Source: Selaginella moellendorffii | Taxonomy: Eukaryota > Plantae > Lycopodiophyta | Reading direction: 5' to 3' | Assembly: GCF_000143415.4 (NCBI RefSeq) | Contig: NW_003314266.1 | Coordinates: 1,200,463 to 1,264,462 of the forward strand | Length of the DNA stretch: 64,000 nt | Part shown: piece after piece, positions 1-12,141 of the stretch | Position numbering within the stretch: position 1 is the first letter of the stretch | Layout: every line of letters starts with the position of its first letter | Position numbers and translations under genes: made by a program | Notes under the pieces: generated by a model | Told to the model about the DNA's origin: nothing | What the model saw: only the letters and a program-made list of their open reading frames with translations | Database searches by the model: none

Positions 1-1
1 G

Positions 2-379
2 CTCGGGCTTCTTCGCCTTCGCTAGACGGCCACCATCGATTTCTTCCTTCTCTAGAAGATCTTCTTCTTCTTCTTCTTCTTCCTCGTCTCCTTCGGGATT
101 GTTGGTGGAGATGCTTGACAAAGGAATGTAGCGGAGAGGCCTCCTCGCCGGGACTGGCGATCGCTTCACGAAAAGAGACGCTGGCCTTGTCACCGCTGAG
201 CATCCATCGCCCTGCTTCCTCCTCGACGCCAAAATCTCGAGCGAGAGGTGTGCTCTACAATGCCCATCGCCGCCGCCGTTGCCGAGGAGCGACGAGACAG
301 GCCCTCCGAGCATCGAGCTGTGGGGAAATTGTGGGCGGTGAGCGTCATTGGAGCACGCCACAGACCTGGCAAGGTACAT
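2..379 (-). CDS. 5' part of a gene running off the window; likely plastid transit peptide followed by a poly-Glu acidic tract
   Basis: ATG at 379, frame open to the window edge: MYLARSVACSNDAHRPQF...RRPLRYIPLSSISTNNPEGDEEEEEEEDLLEKEEIDGGRLAKAKKPE. Ser/Arg-rich N-terminus; (GAA)n tract at about 61-85. Confidence 0.6.
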   Translation of the reverse strand, partial: MYLARSVACSNDAHRPQFPHSSMLGGPVSSLLGNGGGDGHCRAHLSLEILASRRKQGDGCSAVTRPASLFVKRSPVPARRPLRYIPLSSISTNNPEGDEEEEEEEEDLLEKEEIDGGRLAKAKKPE

Positions 380-1136
380 TGGGATGAAAATCTCTACCCT
401 GGATTGGATTGAGAGAAGAGAAACCGTGCAGAACCTGGATTCGCGATTACAATGCCCAAGGAACCCTAAAAATAAAATGTGATAACCAAAGATAAGACTT
501 AAATGAGCTTCCAGTTCCAGCCAAGTTCCACATATTTTTGATAAAATCATGAATCTCTTCTCTTGAACTTCTGGCTACTCCTACTCCTCCCTCATACTTT
601 TCTATCTTGTGTGGAAGGAGGCATGTTTTCCACACCCAAAAGGTTAGCACCACTCACGATACTTCTCTTCCCTGACTATCATCCAAGCCTGACAAGCGTA
701 TGATCAAGTAGGCAATCATGGAAGAGGAATAGAAGTCGAAGGTCTTGAAAGAACACATTTGAACGCTGTCAAGGTTTGAGGCGGGGGTGCTCAAGGTCGC
801 AAACGTGCTCAATCTTTTTTGCAAAGCAGTCACTTACCACCTTTGTTCATTTATCATTTACAGCACTATATTCTAACAGCGATGCCAATCACCACGCTGC
901 TGTGTCCTGAATCATCTTCCAGAAGAACTCCCGGTTCATTCAGCACCACAATGTCCTTCGTCTTCGAGAAGAAACTTCTCTTGAGTTTGCAGCAGTACTT
1001 CAGATGGTGAGGAAACCTTTTAGCAATCCTGCTCTGGATGATGATACCAGATCCAATTTCTGGATCCTGGAGAGAAAAAAAATAGCTTTATCTTGGGAAA
1101 AAAAAAAAAAAAACCGAAGACATGAAGAACTTGCTT

Positions 1137-2123
1137 TTAACAAGAGAACCAAGCAAGCTCCCCCCAGGCTTCTGTCAGAGCATCGGGCGCCTCCACCACT
1201 GACCAGCTCTTGGAATCAACTCCAAAGTGCACAATGCGCGAGCTGGCCCAATCAACCAACCATATACTGTTTCTCCCATCAGTGCACGTCGAGTTCACGT
1301 CAAACTCCTTGTCATGGCACAAAACAATCTCCCACTTCTCTCCCTGCCTCTTCCCTCCCCGCCCCCCAATTTCTAAATCACTCACCACCAAAAGCCGGTC
1401 CTGATCCAGCTGAAGGAAGCACAAGTTATTTGCCCCCATCTCGCTGGGATCAACCTCCAAAATTCGCCAGCAACCATCCCACAAGTTGTATCTCGCAATC
1501 TTCTGAGAACCAGTGCAAAACACCACCACCTCACCATGATCCAGGACCGGATAGAAGCCATTCATGCGAAACGTGTGCCATGGTTCTGGGCATTCTTGTT
1601 TGTGCCTCGACCACTTGCCCCGAGGCGAGTCGTAAATGTATAGCGAGACCCATGGCATGACGAAGATAGCGACACAAAACTCTCGTGTTGATCGATCCCT
1701 CTCGCGGTTGTACACCACTATGTGCATTTGCTCACTGTCCGCCGCCGGCAAAGGAACTCTTGCCGGCGAGGAGTTGAGATCGCTGTAGCGCCACACGAAG
1801 ATGGAAGAGGTCTGCCCAAATTTCTCAAACGTGGCCAGGCACAGCAAGCCGACGTCGCTGCTGACGATCCTCATACCCTTGGGGAGCGTCTGGAAGAGGC
1901 GCCACTCGCTGCGCAGGGAACTCTCGACTGGCCTCACGAAGATGGATTTATCTTCGTCATCGGCGATACAAAGGCAGAGATGAGGGATGCAGTCGTGGGA
2001 GCACGCATATCTCTTGCGAAAGTTGGGATCGTCGATTGCTCTTTGCCATTTGCGACACACACACCTTGCCTGGCACAGATCTATTGCGGACAGCTTGAAG
2101 AAGACCAGCTCCAGCTCCGCCAT
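1137..2123 (-). CDS. Intronless F-box protein with beta-rich (FBA/kelch-like) C-terminus
   Basis: MAELELVFFKLSAIDLCQARCVCRKWQRAIDDPNF is an F-box motif, followed by IVSSDVGLLCL typical of plant F-box proteins. Telo-box AAACCCTA just upstream. Confidence 0.85.
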   Translation of the reverse strand: MAELELVFFKLSAIDLCQARCVCRKWQRAIDDPNFRKRYACSHDCIPHLCLCIADDEDKSIFVRPVESSLRSEWRLFQTLPKGMRIVSSDVGLLCLATFEKFGQTSSIFVWRYSDLNSSPARVPLPAADSEQMHIVVYNRERDRSTREFCVAIFVMPWVSLYIYDSPRGKWSRHKQECPEPWHTFRMNGFYPVLDHGEVVVFCTGSQKIARYNLWDGCWRILEVDPSEMGANNLCFLQLDQDRLLVVSDLEIGGRGGKRQGEKWEIVLCHDKEFDVNSTCTDGRNSIWLVDWASSRIVHFGVDSKSWSVVEAPDALTEAWGELAWFSC

Positions 2124-2181
2124 CCTTTCACTCTCTACACGATTTAGGGTTTCCACTCGGGGATTATTTAAACGTCCAAGA

Positions 2182-5100
2182 TCAGGCCACGTGGACGGCA
2201 AAAGGAGGCCCGCAGTAACATATAGAATCGTCGCGCAACGGTACCACTGCCGCTCCTAGAAGCGTGTACTCTCCTGGAACGAGGAAGAACAGCGAAAATC
2301 TATGCACTGCGTCTCCCAGAGAGCTCAATTCCACCTCCACTCCATCCAGAGCGCCTGATCCAAAGCTCTCAAAGTTATCTCACGAAGAAAACAAACTGTG
2401 GAAGGAACTTACCAGCGTAGAGGATTTGCTGCTCCACCACGCAGCTCGTTCCAGAGATGTCCCGGCAAGCGACGCTGAGCGACACGGCCACGTCCTCGGC
2501 CGTGTTGTTCTTGACGAGCATCTCGATCGGGACGAGCTGGTTCGCACGAACGTCCTCTCCTGCCGCGAGCCTGAATGCAAATGTGAGTGGATCCGGGAGG
2601 AGGATCTCCCGGACCGAGTCCCTCAGTGCGTCGCGGATTGCGTCCTTCAAGTGGAGCTCGCCGCTGGTGTTCTTCCCCGACGACCACCTCACGCGGATGC
2701 TCGAGCACAGCTCCTCGATCGTGGAGGTGACTTCGTTCCTGGACCTGTGCTCCAGAGCTCGAGCTGTTGCGAAGAACGCCTTGTCGCCCAGAGCTGGCAG
2801 CTTGAATTTCTCCAACGGAACCAAAACCCGTGCACAGTGCTTCCTGTGGACTTTCGTACTGGCATCAAGTTCTTCGCCTTTGACGGCCACTGTCACTTCA
2901 AAGAAAGCGTCCGTCCCGTTCCACAGCTCTAGTTCGAGCACTCGTAGATTCCAGCCTCCCCTGTAAGGATCCATTCTCACTGCGGCGTTTGCTTCGGCTT
3001 TGCGAGTGTCCGCTGGGAGAGTACTGCTTAGTTGAAGAGGAATCTCCATCGACAGCAGCCGCGAATTGACAAGACGAAGGCCTTGAAGAACTCGAAGCCT
3101 CAAACGACTAGTCAGCCGTCTACCAGGAGAGAGCTCTTCGTCAGTGCTTTCAAGAGTTGGAGAGCCTGTGAAACTGTCCTCCGTTAGTTTCAGAAGATAA
3201 ACTGTGTACTTTACCTGCATAGTGGATATGAAGAAAAGCTTCTTCGTCCAAAGATTGAGTGGAGTTTTCGAGTGTCTTTCTCTCACTCTGTGAATCCAGG
3301 TGGCCAATTTGGAGCTGTATAGGCACGGACGCCTTTCTGCCAGTGTGTAGAGGTAGTGCCGCTTGAAGAACATCGTCCTCCACATATACATGTTGCTCGC
3401 GGCGCCTCGCCACCATTGTTATGTTCGCCTCTATAACTGGCACGGAACCAACGTTGCACAGCTCGATCGTCATGTTGCGAACCTCCCCCTCGTACAAGAC
3501 TACCACGCCCTCTCCGCCAACAACGTCCACTACTAGAGAGGGCAGCGGAGGAATAACTTTGATGTCCGGGAGAGGCTTGTTTCGGAGTTTCAACCCACTT
3601 CTGCCCGAGCTTCGGAATGGATCTGCCAGGAACAAGCCTCTCTCAGCATCTGTGCCCCCAAAACAGTGCTCGGTAACAACGCCGTTGTAGTTCACAAAGC
3701 ATCCCCGTACTGTCAGTGACCCGGTCGAAAGTGGCCTTCCAGAGAGTGACAACACGTCCGATCCATTCGGAGGTAAGACGAAGGACAGCGGAAACGCCTC
3801 GAATTCCCCCGGTTCCACTGACAGGCATATACTCTCAACGTGGATTTCGAAGGCACAAGGATTCGCAACTTCAACGAGGACTTCGACTGGTTCCCCAACT
3901 ATCCAGACGAGCTGAATCTTTTTCGGCTCCTTGTGCCTCCCTGAAAACGGCGTGTAGATAAACGGGCCGGATGAGCTGCTCTCTGTCCACCATTCCTTCT
4001 TCCCAGGTTTCCGTTTGATAAAGTCCATTTGCGAGCTTTCCTGAGGAAACGAGTGCCACCTGCGAAAATTGAGTCAGTTGAAAAAAACAGTACAACTCAA
4101 AGCGTCAAGTTACCTGAGGAAAGGGAGCGCCGGAACTGAAGACCGTGTCCCACCCGGGAGTTTTGTCGCAGCCGTTGACAAAGCAGTGGCAAGGCTAATT
4201 TGGGCATGTGGTGTGATAAGTGGATAATGAGCTCGAAGAAGCTGTGACGCTGCACACCATGCAGCTAAAGCATCGCCACCACGTATAGAAGCAGCCAGCA
4301 TGTTTGCCAGAACGTCGATTTGCAAGCTGCTCCATGGGGCATCATTTGTGCGGTGCACTCGTGAATTAATGCCACGAACTTCCTTGGAGACAATATACAA
4401 CGTCAGTGAAACATCTGATCATGGAGACTTCAACTTACTTTGTGTGCGGAATTTAAAGGACAATATCTACTCGACAACGAATGTAATATCTGTAGAGCAC
4501 TCAAGGCAGCCCAGTGATTGTCTTGCTGCAAGTACAGATGAGCAACTTCTCGAGAATAAAAAGCAGCTTTTCTCTCATACCCCAGAAATCCATATATTCT
4601 GGCCACTTCAACAAACAAAACCAGCCGGTCATTTGGCTCCAATAAACTTTTACCGGACTCAATACAGTTTGTCAAAATGTCGATGGCATCCTTGGTTGAC
4701 TCTTTTCTGAAAGTACAAACCAATTGAGAATAGAGCTGCATCACTGTTATCAATTTTTACCTGGAAAGTAGCTTTGCAAGCTTGAGGTTTGCTTCCAGCT
4801 CAAAGGCCAAGGACGTTCCCCTGACAATAAACATGCTCAGAATTTTCAAAACTCTCTGCGCTACACTAACCTCTTGTAGAGCTGAATGATCTCGGCATAG
4901 TGACTTTTCACGTCATCATAGAACTGCTGATCTCGCTGACGATCTACCTGTGACAAGATCGAGTTAACCGGGTAAAAATCAAAGAATTTCAAGTTTGCTG
5001 ACCATAATAGCGCTTATGCTGCCTTCTGCTGCTCCCGCGTGCCAGAATACATCTCCAGTAGATTTTAAAACCTCAATTGCAGATAGGTAATGTGCGCTTG

Positions 5101-5939
5101 CGTTCAAATGCGACCCAGAAAGAAGACAATAGTCTCCAATCGCCTTTTGAAGGCGGCCGAGTCTCTTCCTTTTAGCTTTGCTAAACTGCTTATACAAAAA
5201 ACTTTCACAAACGTAACATGAGAAAATCTCGTTAAGTTACCTCTTCAGTCCCTGTAGACGCCGGCAAGTCCAGTGGTGTGGTCAAGGAGCTTGCAACCGG
5301 ATCACCTAAAAGAACTCGCCTCTCAAAGTCCATCAGCATCGCTGCTGCAAACGCTTGCATCAAGGCCTTGATATGCAGCTCCAGAGTCTCGTAATCCGCA
5401 GAAGGGAAGAGTATAAAATCCGAATTCTTGCTCTTGTCTTCTTGTTCTAGCTGCAAAGTAACCAGAAAAAATGGTTGTTAGAGCAACAACGATAGAAACA
5501 AAAAGAAAAGCCAAGGCGAAGCACACACCTGATTATCACTGGCATGGAATCCAAAGCACCGCTTCACCTGTGCCGAAGGATACGAGGCACAGATGGTCAA
5601 GAACTTGTCGTAGGTAGCTCCAAGATCATGGGAAAGCGGGCAGTGGCACAAGCCGATCACTCCGTGAATTTTCCTGTGAGCTTGGAAATCCTCCCAGGGA
5701 CTTCTCACAGCACCGCCAACCATAAACTTTATCCTGAGCTTCCCAGTCTCCCAAGCAAGCTGCGTGAAAGGACTCTTTTGGTGCTCGATGTAGAAAGCTC
5801 TCACACTCCGGAGATCCATATCCGTGTGCTTGACGATCGTCTCAACGTAGTCTCGGAGATAGACCGGCGGCATTTGCCCCATGGCCAGGACGGCCACACG
5901 GATCACCGAGAAATCGTCCAGAGTCGCGTCCAGCTCCAT
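2182..5939 (-). CDS. TRS120: TRAPPII-specific subunit TRS120 / TRAPPC9, multi-exon
   Basis: Exons read MELDATLDDFSVIRVAVL..FYIEHQKSPF..SPWEDFQAHRK, KAKRKRLGRLQKAIGDYCLLSGS, GYERKAAFYSREVA, GPFIYTPFS, LLPDPLTFAFRL; last exon FSLFFLVPGEYTLL..CGPPFAVHVA* (TGA 2184-2182). GT-AG introns. Confidence 0.95.
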
Positions 5940-6288
5940 CAAGAACGGCGGAATTCTAGCTCGCGAGGCTCCAGGTCTTTCGTGGGCTCCCCATTGTCAA
6001 GATGCCTGATCCCGCGTCGAGCTCGCATCAAGAACGCCGGATTTTCCCGCTCGCGAGATCTAGCGCCATACTCGATCTGATCTACCCTACCTGGCAGAGC
6101 GGCGTCGCCCGATCGCAACGCCTTCTTGGCGCCTTTCTTTTCTTGGAGGCAAAAAAATATTATGACCTAAACGGAGAAGACCGTGTAGTGTTCTAGCGGC
6201 ATTCTCGTCTCTCTCAAATTCCAGCAATTCTCGTCTCTCAGAATTCCAAGTAGAGAGAGGAGATTGCTCGAATAAGAATCGATTTCCC

Positions 6289-6975
6289 TCAGCGATTTGT
6301 AGCCCAGATCGCCTCGCCAGTGTCTGTCAGATAGAGCACCACATTCCCGTCGTCGTCGCGCAGCGCCGACGATTGATCGCACTTCTCACAGCCACATGGG
6401 AGAGATAGCTTCCCACCTTCGTCATACATGGCCAGGTTAGGGCTGGGCTCGAGCTCCACGAAGCGTCCATAGCCAAGTCCGTACGTTGCAGAGGTCCAAA
6501 TATCATCGTGAAAAACTGTGTCGTACAACACGGCTGCGCATTTCCACGCGAAGGTACTTAAACGCCGTATTACTCACTAAGTTTTTCTTAGAGACTGTTC
6601 GTTTTGGGAGTGATTATTAGCGTCAAGCAGCTCATCGCGGGTTAGATTACACCTCCGAATTAAGCGGAGAATATCCAAGAGATTTATTCGAATATTCATA
6701 TGTGATGAAGATGGAGCAAAGGATGTGCGGCGATTGAGAAGAGGGTCAGTCAAATTCTTATGCAAATGATGTATCCTCCTCCAATTGTGTATAGCTATAA
6801 CCAGCTGATGTCCAAGGGGATCTTGTGCTAGATTTCTTAATGCATCAAATATAAACATTACTATTGACCTTGGAAGACTGTCACTGCCACCCCATTGTAC
6901 ATAAACTGCATGACACATTGATGGATAAATAAGAATTAGAAGTATGGGAGAAGGTTAATAAATTAATCATGGCAT
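6289..6975 (-). pseudogene. Decayed paralog of the secreted RDEL-domain + bulb-type lectin genes at 37.5-41.4 kb
   Basis: Fragments VYVQWGGSDSLPRSIV, RDELL, DDIWTSATYGLGYG.FVELEPSPNLAMYDEGGKL and DDGNVVLYLTDTGEAIWATNR lie in different frames with many deletions. Confidence 0.9.
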
Positions 6976-8029
6976 CATCTTAAGAAACTGTATACATTAT
7001 TACATATTTATAAGATTTGACAACGAGTTTTTTTTTCCTTTTTGGCATATAAAAATCTAGCTTTTACATTTATCAAGAAAAAAGTCATGCATAGTAATCA
7101 TATTTTCTTTTGAAAAGAGTTTCCAACCTGTAAGTCAATTCATTTCTAGAGTAAAATATAAATGGGATTTTGTCTCAAATATGACTTCTTTTATTAAGGT
7201 TAATTCTTGTTACTGCTACATTGGTTAAAAGCTAATACCCTTCAAGACTGATCCAATATAGTGTTTGCAATCTAGAGAAAATAGCAGTGTTTTAGGAACA
7301 AGTATTAGTACATGAAAAAAAGGTGATCAAAGCACAGTAATTATGGTAAATATTAATGTAAAGCTATCATTTATATCAGTAAGGGTTTTTTTAAAGCTTC
7401 AAAAGACAAAATTTTATAAATTTTACTAATTTTATACAGTTTGAACATTCTTACTGTCAAAATATGACCAGATATGGTTCTATGTAAATATATATGTACA
7501 AATGACTGTATTATATATTATGTCCCTTTTTCTTGTGCTCCTATTAAAAACTGATTTGTGAAACTTTCCTTATAAATTCAAAACTAATACATTTTTAAGA
7601 CTCATATGTAGGATTGGTATGGACTTAGAATTTTATATTTGCCCTGGGTGAACAAAAAAATCAATAATTTTATACAATAATTTTTTGCTATTTTAAAATT
7701 GTAATACTAGAAAATTAATATATTTCTAGGAAAAATTTAAATTTCTAAGAATAAATACTTTTATTAAAGATATTAGATGAAAAGTAGGACTTTTATTTAG
7801 AAAAATAACATTGTAAGAAAACTAATACCTGATCCAGAAAAAAGTCAAAAAAAGAATTGCTAAAAATAATAAATATTAGTAATTAGATGTTACATTTAAA
7901 GTATGATTTCAAAAACACTGCTATACTACTACCCAAACTCAATAAAGTAAAATAGATTATTAATAATAATTATTACTAATTTATATATTAGAAAATAATT
8001 ACATAATTATGAATTTTATTTAATATAAA

Positions 8030-8036
<7 letters not shown>

Positions 8037-8102
<66 letters not shown>
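8037..8102. repeat. (TA)33 microsatellite
   Basis: Perfect TA run inside the AT-rich 7-12 kb intergenic block. Confidence 0.98.
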
Positions 8103-8106
<4 letters not shown>

Positions 8107-8623
8107 CAACTATAAATTCAAAAGCTTATATTCAATATTATGTATAAATAAATTATATTTGTATTCTGAAAGCTTCTATAATACAATATATCTAATTATA
8201 TTTATAGTCTAAATACTTATCAATTAGTTGGAAATTTTATACTTTTTATAAAACTAGAAAATAATTTCAATTAATTATGAACTTTAGGTTTATATTTATT
8301 TAACCAAAATTTTGTTAAATAGAATTTCCACTAAATCATCTTTCTATCCTTGACATTAGACTTTATAGCTTTTGACAGCTTCTCAAAAGGTGTTGGATGA
8401 AGGATCAAAAAGACAACCATGAGAGTGTGACAATAGACTTATCCTTAGTTAGCCAAAGTCTCTTGAGGAAAACTAGTAAATAGTATGTAGATCTCTATTA
8501 AATTTAGATTTTTATTTGAGCTAGAGAAAACTTGATACCATTAATGATTGTAAGCAACTAAAGACAACAATTTAAGAAACAATTCATGGGGTTCAAATAT
8601 AAAAAGAAAAAGCTTATAAACAA

Positions 8624-9355
8624 AATTACACCCTTTTTTTCAATCGATTAAAGGTCTTGGGACACATAAGGTTAAGCATCCTTGGGTTTAAATAGTACTG
8701 GGTTGGGTGTCTTCCCGGGAAATTTAAATTCAGGAGTTTACATTTAATATTAGAAATCTTGGGACAACACCACAACCAAGTACACTCCTGGTTTAGAAGA
8801 CACCATCATTGTCACCATGAAAGGAATTGTGGTAGGAATATGGGATAGAGGAAAAGTAATCAAGCATAATAACTCTTTACGAGAGCTCTATTCAAGTCTC
8901 TATCAAGGAACTTTATTCTTTTGACTGAAGTAGTAATGAACTACATCTTTTATTCCATGCTAGTTCTTGACAACATCCTTTTGGAAAGGTCCTTAAGAAT
9001 AGAATAAAACATCTAGAATGCTCTTAACGTGAAAGAAGTTCACAAGAATTTATCATAACATTTTGTATGAAAAAATCTTGTAGAATTGAACATCTTGTAG
9101 ATGTTAATTGACATCTAGGAGGTCCAATTTGCTTTGGCTAGGCTCGACCCGAGGGGTAAGATGTCAAGAGAGTGGGGCTTTTGGGAGAGTTATTGCTTTT
9201 AACTTCTATTCACGAGGGCGTGAACTTGTAAAGAAACATAGTAGATTGTAAGTAGCCAAAAAGAACGATTTGAGAGATGATCCATGGGATTTGAATGGGT
9301 TTGAATAATATTGGACTATGTGACCTTTTGAGAAATCTAAATTCAGGAGCTTATA
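8624..9355 (+). mobile_element. Decayed 5S-rRNA-containing short LTR element (Cassandra/TRIM-like)
   Basis: 8671-8723 resembles the 5S internal promoter. 8683-8742 and 9296-9355 are ungapped direct repeats (44/60) ending TTACA/TTATA. The first is followed by TTTAATATTAGA, similar to the tRNA-iMet PBS TGGTATCAGA. The left boundary is approximate. Confidence 0.55.
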
Positions 9356-12141
9356 AAGACATATATAATCTATCTCAAAACTCCCAACCCAACCTTTAGC
9401 TTTACATTTAAATCTATTTTAAATCTCCCAACCCAACCTCATAGCCTTATATTTAAGAGGACCTTACTTAATCAATTTCATATCTACAAAACCTTCCAAT
9501 GCTTAAGCAATCTCATCTAACCCCTAAATTCCAAGTGCCTTGCCATCCCCAACAATGAGTAGCCTATAATTTGGCTTTACTTACATAGAAAGCTTTATGT
9601 GAGTAAGATGAGAGCCAATCACAACCTTCTGCAAAGTTTTCCACCTAATGGAGATGCTTTGTATTCACGACTGTTAAGCTGGATCTATCATGGTTGCCAA
9701 CAATAAAATCTACAATGAGAGAAACCTCTCAAAACTAGTTCAAAAGGTTTAAAACAAGGTGGTTGCACCATACCCAAAAAACTAGTGATTTGGCATAAAT
9801 AGATGGGTGGATGAATCAACTTTCTCCCAATTATAAGCTCCAAAGGAATGTCTCAATGAATTAGTTTTCTCCTAGTTATAAGCTCCAGAACAAAGATCCA
9901 TGTTAGCTTTTATAGATTTTTAAAGAAATAAACAATCTTCTCAACTGTTGTTTTTCCAAGCCGAGGTGGAACTCTTGTGCTAGGACTTGCCTCGTTTCTA
10001 TATGGCCATCTTAATGGCATGTCATAGCAAGCCTCACAAAGACATTCTTCTACAAAGCCTTGTAATGTCTAGTCATGCCCTATAAATGACCTTCTCCGAA
10101 CAAGTTAGTGGTATAAAGCGTTCTAAACAAAATCGCAAAAAATAAACCATAAAGAATAGAATTTATGTTGAGTATAACAAATTTGCTCCTCTTAATTGCC
10201 TCCAACTTCTCCTGAATAAAAAATTGAAAAATTGAAAAAGAAAAAATAATACAGAAAAAATATTAAAAATTACCTTCATCTTCCTAGATCTCTCTTTTAT
10301 TACTATAGGTGTTCTATAGTGTATATGCTCCTTAGGCATGTTGTCAACTCTTCCACTTCATTATGAAACTATTCTACAATGAATGCATTTATTCTTAAGC
10401 CATTTGGTTGCTTTAAAACCTTTACAATTGTTTGTAGTTGATTTTGGACATTAACCACTTAATCATTATGAATCTTAAAGTAACTTCTATGGTCTTTAAA
10501 AACACACAACATCAATTTAAAAAACAAATAATGAAAAAACAAAAAATATATAAGCTCTTAATAAGGATTAAAAATTATAAGCATAAATTATATCTTCTTC
10601 CTGTTAAGATATTTTGTTGTAAGACATACACCTAGAAACTATGAGCTATCACAAAATAATACCTCTTTCTTTTATCTCATCCCATTATATAAAAATCTTT
10701 ATTACAACAAATGCAATTATGAAAGTTTCTAGATTTCTTAATCCTTTGTCTTTCTTAGTTACACTTTTTATTATAAAAATTTATAAACAGTGTGATAAGA
10801 TTAAGAAAGAAGTATTATTTTTTAATAGTTAAATTTTTTTTCTTATTTATTTGTGTTTCAAATAACTAACCATTGCAACAAAACACTTCATAAATAGCAA
10901 TAATCCTAGAAAAAAATAACCCATAGTGAAAATTTCCAATTTTTTAATCTTTTATCTTTTTTTCTTTCACCCATGAATTACCTAAGATCCTTACCATTCC
11001 TATTGTAATAATCAGCCATTTAATAAAACAAAAAATATAAAAAAAATTTAACTATCACAAAATAATACCTCTTTCTTAATTACATCCCACTACTCAGAAA
11101 TTTTTACTATAGCAAATGCAACCTATGAGAAAGAAATAAAATCAAGAGTACTACAAGTTATTTTACTATCAACACAGATTATTTCTTACTCAAATTCTTG
11201 TTGTTGAGATGTTTTGTAGTGATGGGCTGTCATTTAGAAAACACAAAAAAAAGATGATGTCAAATATAAACTTTCACAATACAATACCTCTTCCTGTCTT
11301 GCCAAACTCACTCCTGTCATCACATACTTTGAATTTCTTTCTATAACAAGCATCCATTTCCTTTCTATTCTGCAACTCGTTTAACATTTTGCAACATATA
11401 AGCTTTCACTTCGAAATACTTTTTTCTATGTTATATGTTAAAATTAACATCTGATGGTCAAATTTTTTTCCAAAAAGTCCAAATCTAGGAACTTACAATA
11501 TCATTATATTTTAGATTTCTTAATTTTAACTATTATATATACATGTTTTAATTAGAAGAATAACTAAAATTTTCTAATAATAGCTGTTATATGTTGAAAT
11601 TATGGATTTATTTACCTTATAGAGTAGTATCTAAAAATGTACAACCAAAGGAAACCAAACTATAATTATCACAAATCTACATATATACCATCCTTCTGAG
11701 GGGTGGAACAGGTCATAGAAGATTGAATGAGAGGGAACAATGCATTACATCCATCCATGTTGACAGGTTTTATAATTTTTAATTGGGCATAAATGGACAT
11801 GCCTCAAATTGAGATATAGGAATTCTTTTGTTTATGGACACATAGAATTACAACAATGGTCTTGTGGATTGTTAAAACATTCTAGGAAATGTAAACCAAG
11901 GTCAAGCACATCACAACAATAAAAAGCTATATCATCAGCCTGACCTGTAGACCTTTATAAAGAAACTTTCTATGCTCTGCTGTTGCTAAAGCTAAAGCAA
12001 ATAAAAATGAAGTTTAAAGTTGATTAATCTTTATCAGGCGAATCTAAGATATGACAAAGAATATTCTAAAATCGATAGAAAGCGTATAATTTGAAAACGT
12101 TTATATAAACCCTAGTTTCTGGCTTGATCCTGTCTCAGGGC

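Noticed and set aside
447-1068. Exon-like minus-strand frames (DPEIGSGIIIQ..VRI*; 447-653 ORF) downstream of the F-box gene
   Set aside because: The acceptor looks good, but there is no convincing in-frame donor before the F-box stop and no recognisable family.
8671-8723. Functional 5S rRNA gene
   Set aside because: Only the internal promoter segment is present; both 5S ends and the terminator are missing.
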